Source: Acaryochloris thomasi RCC1774 (lineage in GTDB: Bacteria; Cyanobacteriota; Cyanobacteriia; Thermosynechococcales; Thermosynechococcaceae). Taken from it: a stretch of 32,000 nucleotides of DNA. Shown here one piece after another: positions 27,822-32,000 of the stretch; position 1 is the stretch's first letter; each line of letters begins with the position of its first letter. The stretch covers positions 150,001 through 182,000 of the forward strand of contig NZ_PQWO01000008.1 of NCBI RefSeq assembly GCF_003231495.1, given 5' to 3'. Under the pieces are notes generated by a model that was not told the DNA's origin, searched no databases, and saw nothing but the letters and a program-made list of their open reading frames with translations. A program made the translations under genes and the position numbers.

Positions 27822-28172
27822 TTAGTCCACCCTAACTGCAGTGCCGTAGGCAAATAGCTCAGCCGCGCCTTGGGCCACAGAGGAAGTCGCAAAGCGAACG
27901 TTCACGACAGCATTTGCCCCCATTTGCGCGGCCTGCTGCAGCATCCGATCTGTAGCTTCTTGGCGAGCTTCTTGGAGCAGTTCGGTATAGCCATGCAGTT
28001 CACCACCCACAAGGTTTTTGAAGCCAGCGGCGATATCACGCCCAATATGCTTGGCTCGAATGGTGCTGCCCTGAACAAGCCCAAAATGCTTCGTAATCGT
28101 CTGACCGGGGACGCCTTCGAGGGTCGTCAGAATAATGGAACCGCGCGGGGATGGGTAACGTGTCTGACTCAT
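27822..28172 (-). CDS. YbjQ family protein (UPF0145)
   Basis: 116 aa: ILTTLEGVPGQTITKHFGLVQG...LVGGELHGYTELLQEARQEATDRMLQQAAQMGANAVVNVRFATS...FAYGTAVRV. Confidence 0.85.
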   Translation of the reverse strand: MSQTRYPSPRGSIILTTLEGVPGQTITKHFGLVQGSTIRAKHIGRDIAAGFKNLVGGELHGYTELLQEARQEATDRMLQQAAQMGANAVVNVRFATSSVAQGAAELFAYGTAVRVD

Positions 28173-28368
28173 GACTTTTCCTTTAGCTCAGGTGTAATAA
28201 CCACAACATTAAGTGTATTGAGTAGAACTTAGCGCGGTACTGATGCTCCGCAGACTATGGCTCTAAATCTATGCCTTCATAATGCCCATGATGTTGCTTC
28301 CCAATGCTTTGGGAGATAATTCGCAAGGTTTTTTGTGATCATGGCTGATAGGGACTTAGATTAGAGCA

Positions 28369-28920
28369 ATGCAAGCAGCTTCTCAATCTCGGATTAAACT
28401 TTTAGCTATTTCAGGCAGTCTCCGTCAGACGTCTAGCAATACGACGCTGCTGCGGGCGGTTAGGCTTTTGACACCGGAGGATGTTGTGGTTGATATTTAT
28501 GCTGGCCTCAATCAGCTTCCTCATTTCAATCCAGAGCTAGAAGATGCGGAATGTGCGGCGGTGGCCGATTATTGTAACCAGCTTCAGCAAGCAGATGGTC
28601 TGATCATCTCTAGCCCGGAGTACGCGCACGGGGTACCCGGAGTGCTGAAAAATGCTTTGGATTGGGTTGTAGGAAGCGGCGAACTGGTGGGTAAGCCGGT
28701 GGCGCTTTTGAACGCTTCACCTAGGGCAACTCATGCTCTAGCTTCACTACATGAAACCTTGACGGTGATGATGGCTAAGATTGTAGAGGAAGCATCGATT
28801 ACGATTCCTCTAATGGGAACAAAGCTGGATCCAGCAGAAATAGCAGCTCATCCTGATTTCTCTGCGGTGCTCCAAATAGCTCTCACTAAACTCGTACAGG
28901 CTATTGATTCTAATAAATAA
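28369..28920 (+). CDS. NAD(P)H-dependent FMN reductase family oxidoreductase
   Basis: 183 aa: KLLAISGSLRQTSSNTTLL, LIISSPEYAHGVPGVLKNALDW. This is the FMN_red (SsuE/ChrR-like) pattern. Confidence 0.85.
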   Translation: MQAASQSRIKLLAISGSLRQTSSNTTLLRAVRLLTPEDVVVDIYAGLNQLPHFNPELEDAECAAVADYCNQLQQADGLIISSPEYAHGVPGVLKNALDWVVGSGELVGKPVALLNASPRATHALASLHETLTVMMAKIVEEASITIPLMGTKLDPAEIAAHPDFSAVLQIALTKLVQAIDSNK

Positions 28921-28940
28921 CTCGATGCTGCTCGCTTTCT

Positions 28941-29603
28941 ATGATTCGCAAAATTAGCTTTACCTTGCTCTGGGTCGCCTTTGTGGGCTATGCCTTTTTC
29001 TTCGCGCCTGCTGATCAGGGCAATACTCTACCTCTCATTCAGCAGCTCTCTACAGGCCAATGGGCAGGGATTAACCCCCTCATTATTGCTCTCTTCAATC
29101 TCATGGGAATTTGGCCCATGATCTACGGCAGCATCCTTTTTGCCGATGGCTGTAGCCAAAAGATTCCAGCATGGCCCTTTGCGGCAGCCTCTTTTGGGCT
29201 TGGGGCTTTTGCACTCTTGCCGTATTTGGCCTTGAGAGAGCCTGCACCAGAACTTTCAGGTAACCCGGATCGATTACTGAAGTTTTGGGATTCTCGATGG
29301 TTAGCGATCGCATTATCAGGGGGTGCGATCTCGCTTCTTGTATACGGTTTTATACAAGGAGACTGGAGCGATTTTATACAACAATGCCAGATCAACCGAT
29401 TTATACATGTTATGAGTCTCGACTTCTGCATGCTGAGCCTGCTATTCCCCACCCTCATAGGCGATGACCTTGCTCGCCGCCACATGGATTCGCGCTGGTG
29501 GGTGATTTCAGTCGTGCCCTTGCTGGGTGCGATCGCCTATCTAATGCTGCGATCCCCGCTGCCATTCGCTTCTCCCCTAATCACCGAAAGCGAAGCCAAT
29601 TGA
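28941..29603 (+). CDS. hypothetical multi-pass membrane protein
   Basis: 220 aa with at least 5 hydrophobic segments. It starts 20 nt after the FMN reductase stop on the same strand. No family named with confidence. Confidence 0.55.
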   Translation: MIRKISFTLLWVAFVGYAFFFAPADQGNTLPLIQQLSTGQWAGINPLIIALFNLMGIWPMIYGSILFADGCSQKIPAWPFAAASFGLGAFALLPYLALREPAPELSGNPDRLLKFWDSRWLAIALSGGAISLLVYGFIQGDWSDFIQQCQINRFIHVMSLDFCMLSLLFPTLIGDDLARRHMDSRWWVISVVPLLGAIAYLMLRSPLPFASPLITESEAN

Positions 29604-29625
29604 CCTTCAGTCAGAATCTTTTCCC

Positions 29626-29655
29626 AATAAAAAGCCCGCTGCTGACCAGCGGGCT
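29626..29655 (-). terminator. rho-independent terminator downstream of the peroxiredoxin gene
   Basis: Perfect 9-bp stem agcccgctg (29633-29641) / cagcgggct (29647-29655) with a 5-nt loop. On the minus strand it is followed by TTTTTATTGGG. It sits between convergent genes. Confidence 0.65.
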
Positions 29656-29676
29656 ATCGACCTAAAATTAAGTCCT

Positions 29677-30312
29677 TTATTTATTAGGCTGAGGCGTCAT
29701 CCGCAGATAGGGCTTAATCTCCGTCACACCCTTCGGAAAGCGCTCTTTGGCTTCTTCGGTTGGAATCGTTGGAGCAACCACAACATCTTCGCCATCCTTC
29801 CAATTCACAGGCGTTGCAACGCTGTAGCCATCCGTGAGCTGCAGTGAATCAATCACCCGCAGAATTTCTAAAAAGTTCCGACCTGTGCTGGGAGGATAGG
29901 TAAAAGAAGTGCGTAGCTTCTTCGCCGGATCAATAATAAACACAGTGCGAACGGTAACCTTCGCATTGGCATTAGGGTGAATCATGCCGTAAAGATCTGA
30001 GACCTTCTTATCGGCATCCGCCAAGATAGGATAGTCAACCGTCGTGCATTGAGTTTCGTTGATATCACCAATCCAGCCTTGGTGAGAGGAACCATCATCA
30101 ACGCTGAGGGCAATTGTTTTCACATTGCGCTTGTCAAACTCAGAGCGTAGCTTAGCAACTTCACCCAGCTCTGTGGTGCAGACAGGCGTGTAGTCAGCGG
30201 GATGGGAAAAAAGCACCACCCAGCTATCACCGGCCCACTCATGGAAGTTAATCGTGCCAGCCGTAGAATCTTGAGTAAAATCAGGGACCGTATCGCCCAG
30301 TTGCAAAGACAT
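29677..30312 (-). CDS. 1-Cys peroxiredoxin (Prx6-type)
   Basis: MSLQLGDTVPDFTQDST...WVVLFSHPADYTPVCTTELG. About 211 aa from the ATG at 30312, which is preceded by AGGAG. The ORF track extends to 30420, which I think is upstream read-through. Confidence 0.9.
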   Translation of the reverse strand: MSLQLGDTVPDFTQDSTAGTINFHEWAGDSWVVLFSHPADYTPVCTTELGEVAKLRSEFDKRNVKTIALSVDDGSSHQGWIGDINETQCTTVDYPILADADKKVSDLYGMIHPNANAKVTVRTVFIIDPAKKLRTSFTYPPSTGRNFLEILRVIDSLQLTDGYSVATPVNWKDGEDVVVAPTIPTEEAKERFPKGVTEIKPYLRMTPQPNK

Positions 30313-30675
30313 CGTGTATAGAACTCCTGTGATGAAATTTTGCCGACCCGCAACAGTCAATGCTTGACCTGCAGTGCCGAAGCTTATTATTGACAGCCTA
30401 ACTGTATCTAGTTGGGCCATTTGCTTCTGCTTTGATCATGACATACCCCGTTCATTGTGAACGTACGGTATTCCGACCGAGATTAGGTTCTTTATATTTC
30501 GATAACGATTGCAGCGATGATGACTGTTGCAAGACCACTGCGAGATCAGCTCAACGTCCCTCTTTCAAGACACAAACCAAAGATTACACTAGCAAATACT
30601 GGTTATCGGGCCGCACCATGAAGATGCCCAGTAAAATACAGAGGCCACCCCTATCGTGACCGAAAGATCTAAAGC

Positions 30676-30903
30676 GTGATTCCTCAAGAATTCGTTGGGT
30701 TTATTCCCAGTCTGCAGCCCGTCGCGCAGACCATTGAAAACCACCAGCTCACCTACACCTTCACCTGGGAAGTGCAGCGGCGACAAGAGCATCAACAGCA
30801 CTGCCAATGGTATGCAAAAGTTGCAGAGCAAAACCGCAGAGAGCTAGAGCAGATGAAGGGAGACATTGACATCTTGAGCTGGATCCGCCGCGACCGGCGT
30901 TGA
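30676..30903 (+). CDS. hypothetical protein
   Basis: 75-aa GTG ORF with a charged, coiled-coil-like C-terminus (AKVAEQNRRELEQMKGDIDILSWIRRDRR). No family recognised. An 80-aa antisense ORF competes with it. Confidence 0.35.
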   Translation: MIPQEFVGFIPSLQPVAQTIENHQLTYTFTWEVQRRQEHQQHCQWYAKVAEQNRRELEQMKGDIDILSWIRRDRR

Positions 30904-30921
30904 TTGAACCTTACAAACAGA

Positions 30922-31923
30922 CTACTTATACTGAATTCTTGGATCTAGAAATGCGTAGGACAGATCAACCAGCAAATTGATAACAGTGTAGGTAACCGCC
31001 ACAAAAATCACCCCGCCTAAAACAATGGGATAGTCACGATCCAAAATCCCCTCATAAATCCACAGCCCCAAACCCGGCCAGGCGAAGATTGTTTCCGTCA
31101 AGATTGCGCCACCCAGCAGCGTACCGAACTGTAGCCCCACAATTGTCATCACCGGTAGCAGTGCATTCTTAAGGCCGTGGGTCAAAACGACGCCAGCCTC
31201 CGGCACACCCTTAGCCCTAGCTGTCCGCATAAAATCCTGAGACAGCGTGCCGAGCATTGCACTGCGCGTAATCCGAGCCACAATTGCCAATGGAATAGAG
31301 CTGAGCGTTAAAGCAGGCAGCAGCAGATGGACTAGGGCACTGAGCAACATCTCTCCATCTAGCTGCACGATTGCATCCAACAGGTAGAATCCCGTCAGCG
31401 AGTGCCCAATGCCAATCCCTAGGCGACCACTCGGGGGCAGCCAGCCTAAGTTAACCGAGAACAAATACTTGAGCAATAAACCGAGCCAATAAACTGGCAT
31501 AGAGACCCCGAGCAGTGAAGCCCCCAAAGTCAGCTTGTCTAGCCAGCGATGCTGACGAACAGCCGCCAAAATTCCTGCCGGGATGCCGAGCAAGAGGGCA
31601 ATCAGAAGGGCGGCAGCGGCAAGCTCAAAGGTCGCGGGCCAGCGGGCAAAAATTTCCTGCCGCACCGGAACCCCTGAAATGATGCTGCGGCCAAAATCAA
31701 ACCGTGCGAGCCGGCGCAGCAGCGCCAGATACTGCTGCGGTAGCGGCTGATCGAGTCCAAGCTGAACCTGAAGCGCTGCCACCTGCTCTGGAGAAGCACG
31801 CTCCCCTAAGATGGCCTGAGCCGGTCCTCCCGGCAGGTAATGCAAAAAAAGAAAAACCAGCAGCGTGATCCCAAACAGGACGGCGCATAGGCTTAAGAGT
31901 CTTTGAATGAGATAGCGCTGCAT
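30922..31923 (-). CDS. ABC transporter permease, Opp/Dpp/Nik (BPD_transp_1) type
   Basis: 333 aa. N-terminus MQRYLIQRLLSLCAVLFGITLLVFLFLHYLPGGPA, six TM segments and an EAA-like loop (..TARAKGVPEAGVVLTHGLKNALLPV..). Confidence 0.9.
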   Translation of the reverse strand: MQRYLIQRLLSLCAVLFGITLLVFLFLHYLPGGPAQAILGERASPEQVAALQVQLGLDQPLPQQYLALLRRLARFDFGRSIISGVPVRQEIFARWPATFELAAAALLIALLLGIPAGILAAVRQHRWLDKLTLGASLLGVSMPVYWLGLLLKYLFSVNLGWLPPSGRLGIGIGHSLTGFYLLDAIVQLDGEMLLSALVHLLLPALTLSSIPLAIVARITRSAMLGTLSQDFMRTARAKGVPEAGVVLTHGLKNALLPVMTIVGLQFGTLLGGAILTETIFAWPGLGLWIYEGILDRDYPIVLGGVIFVAVTYTVINLLVDLSYAFLDPRIQYK

Positions 31924-32000
31924 TAGCGTTCTACTGAATCACTCTCAGACACCTGCTCCAGGGATTCAATACCCAGGGGACTGGGAGACCAGCCCGTGAC
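31923..32000 (-). CDS. 3' end of an upstream gene (probably the ABC substrate-binding protein), partial
   Basis: The open frame reaches the window edge: ..VTGWSPSPLGIESLEQVSESDSVER*. Its TAA overlaps the permease ATG (TAATG), suggesting translational coupling. The function is inferred from operon context only. Confidence 0.4.
   Translation of the reverse strand, partial: VTGWSPSPLGIESLEQVSESDSVER

Noticed and set aside
30432-30659. 75-aa + strand ORF (Cys/Asp-rich) upstream of the peroxiredoxin gene
   Set aside because: It lies in the prx promoter and 5' region, has odd composition and no recognisable motif, and overlaps an equally unsupported antisense ORF.

Overview
This window looks like a chromosomal segment of a cyanobacterium. 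Three 60-nt lines I counted by hand in ordinary genes gave about 57% GC. Lineage evidence seen in the sequence: at least 18 perfect HIP1 octamers (GCGATCGC), plus genes typical of cyanobacteria or plastids (PAM68-like, NdhS, tocopherol cyclase, a CruP-like flavoprotein, and a naturally split dnaE carrying an IntC intein fragment). I call about 34 protein-coding genes, mostly housekeeping. In order: small membrane protein, PP2C phosphatase, LarE-like PP-loop ATPase, rpsO, PAM68-like, DAHP synthase, small secreted protein, DUF1997-like, half-size chromate transporter, dnaE C-terminal half, trpS, two tandem PEP-CTERM proteins, CruP-like flavoprotein, HAD hydrolase, FAD oxidoreductase with a signal-like N-terminus, Cu(I) P1B-type ATPase, low-GC sulfotransferase, ndhS (59 aa, below the ORF-track cutoff), ftsI, an FtsL-position gene, rsmH, a glycine-rich secreted protein broken by frameshifts, tocopherol cyclase, a doubtful 161-aa ORF, TspO, two YbjQ-family genes, FMN reductase, a membrane protein, 1-Cys peroxiredoxin, a small hypothetical ORF, an Opp/Dpp-type ABC permease, and the 3' end of its upstream partner. 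I recognised no rRNA, tRNA, CRISPR array, transposase or integrase. I do not see a convincing novel multi-gene system such as a defence-island-like cluster. The observations most worth a second look are: (1) a large glycine-rich surface protein split at a G7 homopolymer, with a second break at its signal peptide; (2) a tandem duplication of a PEP-CTERM gene that also copied the 5' end of the downstream gene, where coding regions stay near-identical but flanks have decayed; (3) a near-perfect MerR-type operator with a 20-bp promoter spacer in front of the copper ATPase, with no MerR gene in the window; (4) an isolated low-GC sulfotransferase; (5) a 614-nt intergenic region with an orphan terminator-like hairpin and direct repeats. 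All homology calls come from motif recognition by eye; no database search was run.
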